The notes beneath the pieces are model-generated. The model worked only from the letters and a program-made list of their open reading frames with translations, was not told where the DNA came from and made no database searches. Source: Promethearchaeota archaeon (GTDB taxonomy: Archaea; Asgardarchaeota; Lokiarchaeia; Sigyniarchaeales; SOKP01). From it: a stretch of DNA of 64,000 bases. Location of the stretch: positions 207,562-271,561 of the forward strand of contig JAEOTA010000081.1 in assembly GCA_016840085.1 (NCBI GenBank). Direction: 5' to 3'. This document shows, in pieces, positions 10,351 through 18,816 of this stretch. The translations under genes and the position numbers were made by a program. How positions within the stretch are numbered: position 1 is the first letter of the stretch; the number at the start of each line of letters is the position of its first letter.

Positions 10351-11454
10351 CTATTTAAAAATTGGATAAGATCCTAATAGTTTATACCAAATAACAATCT
10401 CATTCATTTCATTTAATACTTCTTTTATTTTAGGGTCTTCCCTATCACCTTCAAAATCCATTAGAAATATATATTCCCATCGACCTTTCCTACGTGGCCG
10501 AGATTCAATTTTCATTAAATTAATACCTGCATCAGCAAAAATTTTTAGTACACGATATAAAGCTCCGGGAATATGCTTAGTGACAAAAACTATAGAAGTT
10601 TTAACTTTATCTTCTTTTAGTTTATTTTCTTTTTTAGAAATTATTAAAAACCGTGTATAATTTGAAGGGTTGTCTTCAATCCTTGAATTAAGAACCTTTA
10701 AATTATATATTTTACATGAAAATTCAGTACCGATAGCCGCGTACGATTCATCGTCTAATTCTTCAACTCTACGAACGGCTTCAGCTGTTGAATTTACATT
10801 AATCATATTAACATTAGGTAAATATGCTTTAATCCAAGATCTTGTTTGAGCAAACGCTTGAGGATGGGAAATTATATTTATAATTTTTGACAAATCAGAA
10901 TTTTCTAAAGAAATTAAATTTTGAATAATTCTTAACTCAATTTCCCCAAATATTATGAGATTTTTTTCAATTAATAAGTCAAGGGTTTCTCTAACAGTAC
11001 CTTGAAGGCTATTTTCAATTGGAATAACTCCAAAATAAATAATATCTTTTTCTATATTTTCAAATATCTCTGAAGTACTATTAAACGTTTTGAATTCTGA
11101 TCCCGCTTTTGGAAAATATTCAAGAGCTGCTTGATGGGTAAATGTCCCTTCGGGCCCGAGATACCCTACTTTATTAATAGCTCCTTGAATTAATTTGCTT
11201 GCACTCATTATCTCTTTCCAAATTGCGTCAATACTCCCATTTTTAAAAATTGTTGCTTTATTTTTTAGTCTTTCAATAATTTTTTTTTCTCTTTGGGGCT
11301 CTAGTACTTTTAAATTTAACTTTTGTTTTAAGTTACCAATTTCAATTACAATCTTTCCTCGATTGTTTAAGAGATCTACAATAGCGTCATCAATTTTATC
11401 GATTTCGTCTCGTAATTTTCTTAATTTTTTCTCTTGGTTATTATTTTCACTCAT
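10351..11454 (-). CDS. pheA: Chorismate mutase / prephenate dehydratase (P-protein)
   Basis: N-terminal CM domain (LRDEIDKID), YLGPEGTFT, PIENS, SHPQA, NYTRF, and an ACT domain with IESRP. Confidence 0.95.
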   Translation of the reverse strand: MSENNNQEKKLRKLRDEIDKIDDAIVDLLNNRGKIVIEIGNLKQKLNLKVLEPQREKKIIERLKNKATIFKNGSIDAIWKEIMSASKLIQGAINKVGYLGPEGTFTHQAALEYFPKAGSEFKTFNSTSEIFENIEKDIIYFGVIPIENSLQGTVRETLDLLIEKNLIIFGEIELRIIQNLISLENSDLSKIINIISHPQAFAQTRSWIKAYLPNVNMINVNSTAEAVRRVEELDDESYAAIGTEFSCKIYNLKVLNSRIEDNPSNYTRFLIISKKENKLKEDKVKTSIVFVTKHIPGALYRVLKIFADAGINLMKIESRPRRKGRWEYIFLMDFEGDREDPKIKEVLNEMNEIVIWYKLLGSYPIFK

Positions 11455-11493
11455 TTTTCAAAATTATAGTGTTTTTAATATAAAAATGATAAA

Positions 11494-13179
11494 TTATAAT
11501 TGATCAAAAAAATGTTCAATATTTAATTCAAATGCCGCAACTGGAAATTCTAATTTAAAATTTAATAAAACTTCTGGATGTATTTCACCAATTTCTCCTA
11601 TAATAGAACCATTCAAATAGATTTCCCCATATCGGCCATCTATATAGCTTTGATTTTTACCAGGTTTAACTTCATAATTATTATATTCTCCAAGTGAGTT
11701 TATTATGAAATCTAAAGTAGACTTTATTTCAGTATAATCTGCATCTTCATGATATGAAACAGCAGATAAATGAACTTCTCTCTTTGTTCCCGTTTCCTCT
11801 TTTTTTGATAATAAAATTATATCCCCAACCTCGAAAATTTTAATAGGTTTTTCTTCAGATCTATTTAAAAGTAATGTATCCATTAATTTGGGAAGAATTC
11901 TCGTTCTAGTTGTATTATACTCTTTAGAAACGGGATTTGCTATTTCAACAATTTTATCCTTATTATATTCTTGGTTCATATACTTAAATTGTTTTTCTGA
12001 ACTTGTTAGAATGAAATTAAGAACTTCTAAGTATCCTGCTCCAATCATAATTTTCCTTATTCGATTAGAATAATCTTGTATTGGATGATATTGACCGATG
12101 CCACCTTCGCGAATTGTAAGAGGTAAATTAATGTAGCCATAACCAATAGCACATTCCTCAGTAAAATCAACTGGATGCATTATATCCCCCCTATAAGCAG
12201 GTACTAATATATCTAAATATCCCTTCTTTTTAGATTCTACTGCACCCATTCTTACTTTTTTAAAACATTTTATCATTTCTGAAATTGTTAAATTCAAACC
12301 AATAATGCTATTAATGTAGTCGACATTAACCATCCATTTTTTTGGGTTCAAATCAGGTGTAATTACCACACTTTTTCCTTCATAATTAACTTTTACAGTT
12401 TCTAATTTTGCTCCCATGTCCATCAATGTAGTTGATAGGATGTTTAATGCTAAATTAACTGCTTTTAAATCGGTTCCTGTTAAATCTAAAAATAAATTTT
12501 TGGTTTCATCTGTTACAGTTGTGAGAACTCCGTTTATAACAGGTGGAAAGGACAATACTTCATTCTTTTTATCAAAAATAATAGGATATACTTCTTTTCC
12601 TTCTAAAATATGGGCATACTCAATACCCTTATCGTGTAATAATAAAATTTCTTCCAAATTCATAGGATATCCATCTCCATGTAATGGAACAAAGCTAACA
12701 GAATCTGGTTTTACAGCAGTGTATCTATAGGGAGGTGAAACTTTATCAAAATCATGAACTCCAATGGCAACTTTTTTTCTATCCCTTCCTACCGCCCAAT
12801 GTAGATGTTCTTGAATATTCATCAATGTAGCCACTTCATCCTCATCTAAATCAATATCTCGTATAACTCCACAGACTATGTATGGTCGAACTTTTTTTAC
12901 GAGGGGATCTACATTTAAAACTGTTTCTCCTGAAATAATTTCATAAGTTGGAAGGCCTTCCTCAATTTCATAGTAACCCTTAAGAGCTCTCGCAATACCC
13001 TCTGGGCTAGAAAAATCTGGCCTATTGGGATTGTATTCAACTTTTACCACCTGTTCTTCTTCATTAATATCTTCTAAATCTAAACTAATCCATTGGAGAT
13101 CATATTCTAATTCTTTTAGATCTAATTTTCTCCCAACTAATTTTTCTAATCTTTCAACCTTTAATTCAATTGTAGGCAT
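11494..13179 (-). CDS. pheT: Phenylalanine-tRNA ligase beta subunit (archaeal/eukaryotic type)
   Basis: MPTI start, PNRPD, GRDRKKVAIGVHD, SFPPVIN and GEIHPEVL. Confidence 0.95.
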   Translation of the reverse strand: MPTIELKVERLEKLVGRKLDLKELEYDLQWISLDLEDINEEEQVVKVEYNPNRPDFSSPEGIARALKGYYEIEEGLPTYEIISGETVLNVDPLVKKVRPYIVCGVIRDIDLDEDEVATLMNIQEHLHWAVGRDRKKVAIGVHDFDKVSPPYRYTAVKPDSVSFVPLHGDGYPMNLEEILLLHDKGIEYAHILEGKEVYPIIFDKKNEVLSFPPVINGVLTTVTDETKNLFLDLTGTDLKAVNLALNILSTTLMDMGAKLETVKVNYEGKSVVITPDLNPKKWMVNVDYINSIIGLNLTISEMIKCFKKVRMGAVESKKKGYLDILVPAYRGDIMHPVDFTEECAIGYGYINLPLTIREGGIGQYHPIQDYSNRIRKIMIGAGYLEVLNFILTSSEKQFKYMNQEYNKDKIVEIANPVSKEYNTTRTRILPKLMDTLLLNRSEEKPIKIFEVGDIILLSKKEETGTKREVHLSAVSYHEDADYTEIKSTLDFIINSLGEYNNYEVKPGKNQSYIDGRYGEIYLNGSIIGEIGEIHPEVLLNFKLEFPVAAFELNIEHFFDQL

Positions 13180-13188
13180 TTTTTCACC

Positions 13189-14730
13189 TCATTTAAGATA
13201 AGATTGTTGTCTTAACCAATTTAATGGATTAATATAAAAATCTCTAATATCCTTCCGACCATAATAAGGTATTGCGATTCGTTCAAGTCCTTGCCCCCAA
13301 GCTAAAACTCGAGTTGGTTCCTTTAACCCCCAAGGATAAGTCACTTCCGGGCGAAATATCCCAGAACCTCCCATCTCTAGCCACTCGTCAAATTTATCAT
13401 AATATACTGAAACTTCCATGGAGGGTTCAGTATAAGGGAAAAATCCTGGTCTTGTAATAATCTTCTTAAATCCCATTTTTCTGTAAAATTCTGACAATAA
13501 TCCAATTAAATCACATAATGTCACGTTATCATCAATCACTATTCCTTCTATTTGAGTGAATTCTGCTAAATGTGATTTATCAACTTTTTCGTTACGAAAT
13601 ACCCTATCAATGCAAAACACCTTTACTGGCACTTTATCATTATTTCTATAAAATTCTGCCAATCTTCGCATAGTTGTAGCTGTTGTGTGAGTTCTTAACA
13701 CTGTTTTTTTAGCGATCTCAATATCCCATTTATAATCCCATCCAGTAGAACCTGATTCTCCTCCATTTTCATGCATATCACGTACAGCCAAAACTCTATC
13801 TTTCTCGGGTAATTTTGCTGTTTTGGGATTATTAAGATAGAATGTATCTTGCATTTCACGAGCAGGATGATCTTGCGGTTGATATAAAGCATCAAAACAG
13901 TAAAAAGCACTCTCAATGATTGGGCCTCTTATCTCAGTAAAACCCATTGATAAGAAAATTTCTCTTATTTCATTAATCAAATTAATTAACGGATGGATTT
14001 TTCCTGCCTTTAACAATGGTCCAGGTTTAGTGACATCAAACGGTTTTAAATTATAATTTTTCCATGTACCTAAACTTAGCATTTCTGATGAAATTTTACT
14101 TATTTGCTTCAATTCTTCAATTTTAGAAATAGATACTTTTTTCCCTTTTTCTGTTAAATATATAATTCTTTGAGTTTTTCGTGTTTTCTTTATTAATTTT
14201 CTTCTATTTAAAGTTTCAATTAAACTTAAATGATCTTTAGACAAAGTAGAATAATCAATCACACAATTTTCTTCAAATTTTTTCAAGAATTTTTCAAGTT
14301 CAGTTTGCGGAAACTCTTCAGAAATTAGGTAAACTTTATTTTCTCCTGTCGCCTTACTCTGACCGATCCATCTATTTTTCTTCAAATTTGAAATTCCTAT
14401 ATAAAAAATATCTTCTTCTAAATTTGATTGTTTTAACAAATTATCGAAGTTAATTTCTTTTATTTTGCTTTTTAACATTAAATTTAATAATTTACGTTCG
14501 GGTAATCCATTTTTCAAATAATCGATCCCTTCATTGTTTAATGAAATTTGATAGATTTCCTCTTCTTTGAAACCTCCCAAATCATATTCAATTAAATCAT
14601 TAATTGTTGACATTAAGACTATATAATCGATTTTTAATTCTTTTGCTAGTTCTGCAGCTACCACATCAGAACTTTTTTTTTTTAAGACTTTTAAAATGTC
14701 AATTACTTGCTTTTTAAGTTTAATTGTCAT
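13189..14730 (-). CDS. pheS: Phenylalanine-tRNA ligase alpha subunit (archaeal type)
   Basis: Motifs QDHPAREMQDTF, LRTHTT, RVFRNE, FPYTEPS and GSGIFRPEV. Confidence 0.97.
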   Translation of the reverse strand: MTIKLKKQVIDILKVLKKKSSDVVAAELAKELKIDYIVLMSTINDLIEYDLGGFKEEEIYQISLNNEGIDYLKNGLPERKLLNLMLKSKIKEINFDNLLKQSNLEEDIFYIGISNLKKNRWIGQSKATGENKVYLISEEFPQTELEKFLKKFEENCVIDYSTLSKDHLSLIETLNRRKLIKKTRKTQRIIYLTEKGKKVSISKIEELKQISKISSEMLSLGTWKNYNLKPFDVTKPGPLLKAGKIHPLINLINEIREIFLSMGFTEIRGPIIESAFYCFDALYQPQDHPAREMQDTFYLNNPKTAKLPEKDRVLAVRDMHENGGESGSTGWDYKWDIEIAKKTVLRTHTTATTMRRLAEFYRNNDKVPVKVFCIDRVFRNEKVDKSHLAEFTQIEGIVIDDNVTLCDLIGLLSEFYRKMGFKKIITRPGFFPYTEPSMEVSVYYDKFDEWLEMGGSGIFRPEVTYPWGLKEPTRVLAWGQGLERIAIPYYGRKDIRDFYINPLNWLRQQSYLK

Positions 14731-14783
14731 GCTTTTGAATCGAATTTTTTATTTTTTCATTATTATTTTTAAAATCTCTAATG

Positions 14784-14798
14784 TATTTAAATCTTTCG
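14784..14798 (-). promoter_or_regulatory. Candidate BRE+TATA promoter for pheS
   Basis: The minus strand reads CGAAAGA-TTTAAATA about 55 nt upstream of the pheS ATG. The AT-rich background limits certainty. Confidence 0.4.
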
Positions 14799-14879
14799 TG
14801 AATTAAATCGCTTTATTTTGCTCTATCTCGAATTAGAACAAAATTTAAACATTTTTTATTATGAAATTTTGGATTTTAA

Positions 14880-14947
14880 GAAAGATAAGCTCAAGCTCGT
14901 CCGCAGCCAAGGGAACTATCTCAGCTATTAATATCTATTCCCTTGGC
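14880..14947 (-). promoter_or_regulatory. GC-rich hairpin element (possible attenuator) upstream of pheS
   Basis: Perfect 10-bp stem GCCAAGGGAA (14947-14938) / TTCCCTTGGC (14915-14906). A weaker alternative stem CUUGGCU…AGCUUGAG is followed by a U-rich tract. Confidence 0.45.
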
Positions 14948-15024
14948 AGAATAAAGAATTTAAAGAGAAATGAATCTTGAGAAATTTGTATATTCAGAAG
15001 ATTAGGTGTTTTACATATTTTCAT
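14935..15024 (-). CDS. Putative 29-aa Phe-rich leader peptide MKICKTPNLLNIQISQDSFLFKFFILPRE
   Basis: ATG at 15024 and TAG at 14937-14935. It has 4 Phe in codons 19-24, its last codons overlap the hairpin 5' arm, and it lies upstream of pheS-pheT-pheA. Confidence 0.4.
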   Translation of the reverse strand: MKICKTPNLLNIQISQDSFLFKFFILPRE

Positions 15025-15091
15025 ATATATATCTCTATTCAAGTATTCATTTCTTATGATTTATTAAAAGAATACTCAATAAAAAATTTTA

Positions 15092-15532
15092 TTAAATTAA
15101 ATTTTCTCTAATGGAAGTCGAACTTATTTTAATATTATTTTTATCCTTGATAATAGGAATTACAATAATTACTAAAGGTTTAAAGCTTTTATTTACTCGT
15201 ATCTCGTTAATTCTTAAAGCTGTTTCATATGTTTCCTGACTTACAACTATACCTTCATATTCCGATTCATTAATAGGAGGACCGTAAGGATCATTTAACT
15301 CTACAATATTCGCTCGTTTTATATCTGTAAATGTCTTAATATATGATTTAAGATTCCTTTCACGTGTTGCGTAATCCTCAAGTTTTGAAGCAGCTTTCTT
15401 ATTCTTCAATAATTTTTCTGTTGTTAACCCTATTACAATTTTTTTTGAAATAGATAAAGCAGTTTTTATAAGTAACTTATGTCCTTCATGAAGATGATCA
15501 AAAGTCCCACCTAATCCAACTTGATTGAGAAT
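15092..15532 (-). CDS. coaD: Phosphopantetheine adenylyltransferase (archaeal type), probable ATT start
   Basis: The frame extends past the tracked start to include VGLGGTFDHLHEGH. Also LNDPYGP, IVVSQET and KISSTSIR. No in-frame ATG/GTG/TTG precedes the HxGH motif, and an ATT lies 8 nt after AAGGTG. Confidence 0.88.
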   Translation of the reverse strand: MLNQVGLGGTFDHLHEGHKLLIKTALSISKKIVIGLTTEKLLKNKKAASKLEDYATRERNLKSYIKTFTDIKRANIVELNDPYGPPINESEYEGIVVSQETYETALRINEIRVNKSFKPLVIIVIPIIKDKNNIKISSTSIRENLI

Positions 15533-15587
15533 TTGTACAACACCTTAAAAAATTAAGAAAAACATAAAATAATTAATCCTTTTCCTT

Positions 15588-16007
15588 TTAAACCTTGGGT
15601 TTTGTTTCTTGCCCCTTATTGGATTCAGTAGGTCTTTTCAATCTTACAGAATAAATTTGCTTAATTTCCATTAAGTCATCACACTTATTACATTTGTCTC
15701 TCTTCTTAAAAACAAAATCACCTTTTGCATAGTTCCTAACTTTAGTAATGCCGCATAAATTACAGATTAAAATAGTTAATGTTTGTCTGATAGGTTCTGG
15801 CGGACTTTTTTGTACTTGTATTAACGTAGCACCAAAGCATATTAATATAAAACCAATAGACCAGCTTGAGATTTGATCAGGACCAATATTGAGGTAAATA
15901 AAAAGAGCTCCTAAAATAATTAAAAATATAAACAGAATATTTTTTAAAACACTTTTAAATGTGATTCCTTTTTTTAAAATTTCCTCATCGTCTTCTTCTT
16001 CAATCAT
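15588..16007 (-). CDS. Conserved archaeal 2-TM protein with C-terminal Zn ribbon
   Basis: Two hydrophobic helices, then CNLC…RNYAKGDFVFK…CNKC…IKQIYS. It is divergent from the DUF1512 gene. Confidence 0.7.
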   Translation of the reverse strand: MIEEEDDEEILKKGITFKSVLKNILFIFLIILGALFIYLNIGPDQISSWSIGFILICFGATLIQVQKSPPEPIRQTLTILICNLCGITKVRNYAKGDFVFKKRDKCNKCDDLMEIKQIYSVRLKRPTESNKGQETKPKV

Positions 16008-16127
16008 AGAAAATGTTGCAATATCTTGTTATCTATTCACTATAATAGAAAAGAATAAATAAATTTTTTTATTATAAAACTATAATAGATAAAAGTTTTC
16101 AATTTTAAGTTAAAGTTTTGGGTAAAA

Positions 16128-17270
16128 ATGTTTAATATATTTCAATTTGGCAGTGAAGGAACTGATCCGATAAGTTTAATTATCCAACTATTATGGTTTG
16201 TTCTTATATTTATAAGTATTTTTTATGGACAGAAGATTCAAGGTTGGAAAGCATCTAAAGAAATACAAATAGGATTAGAAAAATTAAAAAAATGGAATGA
16301 CGAGTGTAAAGAAATTTTAATGAATAATTTTAAAGAATTTGCTGATCAAAAGAAGACTCAAAAAGATTTAATGCTGCAACTTGAAGATTTTATTACTTTT
16401 GTTACTATAGCTCCTGTATCACTTGATCCCTATGGTATTGTACCAAAATTTGACCACGTTGTCGATGTTAGAGATGATCGATTTAGAGAGGAAGTCGCGA
16501 TTTTAGCACCTAAAGCCGACAGTGTGCAAAGGTACAATTTGGAGAACTTATTAGAAGCAACAATGGCAATCGATTTTATTTATAGATTAATTAGACATTA
16601 TTTAATACTCGGTAAGAAAACAAAATCAATGATTTTACTTATGCAAATATCAATGCAATTAGGTCTAATACTAAGTATGGCTAAAGCTTATTACCATGCA
16701 GCTAAAGCTTTCGCAGAGGGGAGCCCTATTGGAGATGGTCTTGGGCCATTAGTCACAGCTAGCTTTATAAGAGATGTTTCGAATGGAGAAATTGAAGCTA
16801 ATGAAATTGTTAAAGACACAATAGTTCAAGAAGTTAATTTTGAAGATAGAACTATATATGTTGTTCGGGCAAAAGGTCCTGGGGGAAGTGTTGGAAAACC
16901 GGGGAAAGTTATAAAAAAACTTATTGAGGAACATGGTGATGATGTTTCTCGAATAATTATGATAGATGCGGGATTAAAACTTACAGGAGATAAAACAGGT
17001 TCAATTGCGGTAGGCGTTGGGGCAGCTATAGGGGGTTTAGGTATCGAAAAACATTACATTGAAGAATCTTCAACAGGAAAATCAATTCCAATTGATGCAC
17101 TTATCTGTAAACAATCGCTAGAAGATGCTATAACCACTATGAAAAGACCAATAACTCAAAGTGTACCAAATTTTGTAGAGAAAATTAAGATGGCAATTCG
17201 AAAGCGAACTGAAAAAGGAACAAAAATCATACTGGCAGGCATTGGAAATACTATCGGAATAGGTGTTTAA
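16128..17270 (+). CDS. DUF1512 family protein
   Basis: Motifs PVSLDPYGIV, PIGDGLGPL, AKGPGGSVGKPG, IMIDAGLKL and GIGNTIGIG. Confidence 0.85.
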   Translation: MFNIFQFGSEGTDPISLIIQLLWFVLIFISIFYGQKIQGWKASKEIQIGLEKLKKWNDECKEILMNNFKEFADQKKTQKDLMLQLEDFITFVTIAPVSLDPYGIVPKFDHVVDVRDDRFREEVAILAPKADSVQRYNLENLLEATMAIDFIYRLIRHYLILGKKTKSMILLMQISMQLGLILSMAKAYYHAAKAFAEGSPIGDGLGPLVTASFIRDVSNGEIEANEIVKDTIVQEVNFEDRTIYVVRAKGPGGSVGKPGKVIKKLIEEHGDDVSRIIMIDAGLKLTGDKTGSIAVGVGAAIGGLGIEKHYIEESSTGKSIPIDALICKQSLEDAITTMKRPITQSVPNFVEKIKMAIRKRTEKGTKIILAGIGNTIGIGV

Positions 17271-17385
17271 CTAGTATTTTTTTTTAAGTTTTCTAAGTAA
17301 CAAACACTAATTTTAGATTTTTTTCATTTTAGTCTTATATTCCTTAAAAATAAAAAAAGAAATTGTTTTATAATTAAGGGAAGGT

Positions 17386-17405
17386 TATTTTTAATTTCCC
17401 TTTAT
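17386..17405. repeat. Inverted repeat copy 1 (20 bp), downstream of tnpB
   Basis: Perfect reverse complement of 18708-18727. Confidence 0.9.
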
Positions 17406-17484
17406 GAAATTAAAATTGTATTCTATTTCTTATTACAGCTATGTAATCGCAATAGAATATGGGTGTAACCCTACACCCTCTATT
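17386..17484 (-). ncRNA. Candidate 3' part of TnpB omegaRNA (scaffold hairpins plus guide)
   Basis: Stem AATAGA-GGGTGTA/TACACCC-TCTATT (17451-17484) overlaps the tnpB 3' end, followed by a small stem TTACA/TGTAA, then …TTTCA and the 20-mer. TnpB omegaRNAs typically overlap the ORF 3' end. Confidence 0.45.
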
Positions 17485-18635
17485 CCATCTGCCGATATGG
17501 CTTTTGGGACTGCTTTTTTAAGGATATTGTATGCGCCATTCACATCCGCATTGATCATGATCCCTTCATGACTTTTATATAAACTTCTACAAATACGTTT
17601 TCCCTTATAAGTTTCATGCTTGTTAATTGATTCATTATCTAAGAAACTGCATCTCGAAGTATAATGTTCTGGCATTAGAAAAATATCAATTCCGATTAAC
17701 TCTGATTTATATTTAATTTGGGACACTAATTTAGAAAAAGGAATTTGGACAAAGTTCTGGTTATTACGCTTTCCAATTTGTATTTTATGTTTCCAGGTTT
17801 TATTATAACCAATAATTATCTTTCCAAAATCATGATCAATACAGTAAGTAATCACTGCTCTCGAAATTTTATGAAACATATCATTTATTTTATTGTTTCT
17901 TTTCCGAGTTAACCATTGCATTCTTTTTGTTTCAAAACTAATACCTTGCTTATCTTTTATACTTTTATACTTGGCAAGTTGTTTGTTGTAGAATTGATTA
18001 ATTGATTTAATACTACCACCTTTAATAATAGCGGGTTTTAACCCAGCATTATTTACTATAGTTATGATATTGTTCACGCCTAAATTAATTCCAATAACTC
18101 TATCTTTATCCAAATTTAAATTTTTTTCTTCTATTTGATAAACAATTTCTAAGATATAATAAAATCCTTTCGGAATGATTCTGACGTAGAATGATTTACT
18201 TTTTATAGGAGTTTTAATGGGATGCAATTGAGTTTTTTTTAGGAAAATAAAGAAAACCTACCTTGATCCTGCATTGTTGATTTGTGAATATAATCATATA
18301 CTCTCCCTGTTTTTTTTATAATGTGGAGGTTTTGGAGTTCCTAAATACTTTTCTGGATGCTTTTTGTAGGTTTTAAGAGCTTGGAAAAATGATTTCCAAT
18401 TTTTATCCACGAGTTTTAAAGTTTGCTGAGCAGTTTGTGAAGGGAGTTTTTTATATGGTTCTTTCTCTTTTAGCATATACCATAAATCGTAATATCTCAA
18501 CCAATTTCCTAAATAAAAATATTCTTGTCTCATATAATAATTGGCAAGATTATAGAGATTTTTAGATAAATGACATAGATAAGATAGTTGATTTGTTTTG
18601 TTTAATTGAATCTGCTCTGTCAGTCTCATTGCCAT
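17439..18635 (-). pseudogene. tnpB: TnpB (IS200/IS605/IS607-type) with RuvC-I D->N and two compensating frameshifts
   Basis: Motifs SKNLYNLANY, LPSQTAQQTL, PKPPHY, FTNQQCRIK (in a shifted frame between A8 runs 18310-18317 and 18233-18240), GINLGVNN, HKISR, IIGYNKTWK, NNQNFVQIPF, EHYTSRCSFLD and NADVNGAYNI. Confidence 0.9.
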
Positions 18636-18707
18636 AATATTAAACGTTAGTATCAGCTTTAAAAAAAAAGAGACTAATGATTTATAATTGATACAAGAAT
18701 AATAAAA

Positions 18708-18727
18708 ATAAAGGGAAATTAAAAATA
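18708..18727. repeat. Inverted repeat copy 2 (20 bp) in the tnpB/AOR intergenic region
   Basis: ATAAAGGGAAATTAAAAATA, with a further partial copy TAAGGGAA at 18731-18738. Confidence 0.9.
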
Positions 18728-18816
18728 TTATAAGGGAATAAGATTAATTAATTATTAAAATTAATTATTAGAAAAAAGAATAATTTAAACAAATTTAAAA
18801 TTGAGGTGTAATAAAA

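Larger units (their letters stand above)
17386..18727 (-). mobile_element. Non-autonomous TnpB-only element bracketed by a 20-bp inverted repeat
   Basis: tnpB is present without tnpA. TATTTTTAATTTCCCTTTAT (17386-17405) is the exact reverse complement of 18708-18727. An imperfect hairpin lies upstream of tnpB (about 18645-18679). The true element ends are uncertain. Confidence 0.65.

Noticed and set aside
14749-14760. Mini-ORF MKK* just before pheS
   Set aside because: Expected by chance in A-rich sequence, with no supporting feature.
14880-14950. Hairpin as T-box riboswitch, tRNA or SECIS
   Set aside because: There is no T-box UGGNACC bulge, no cloverleaf, and no candidate in-frame UGA selenoprotein nearby.
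18294-18296. TGA between the same-frame tnpB halves as Sec/readthrough
   Set aside because: A second stop (TAG) follows in that frame, and the conserved residues are in the shifted frame.
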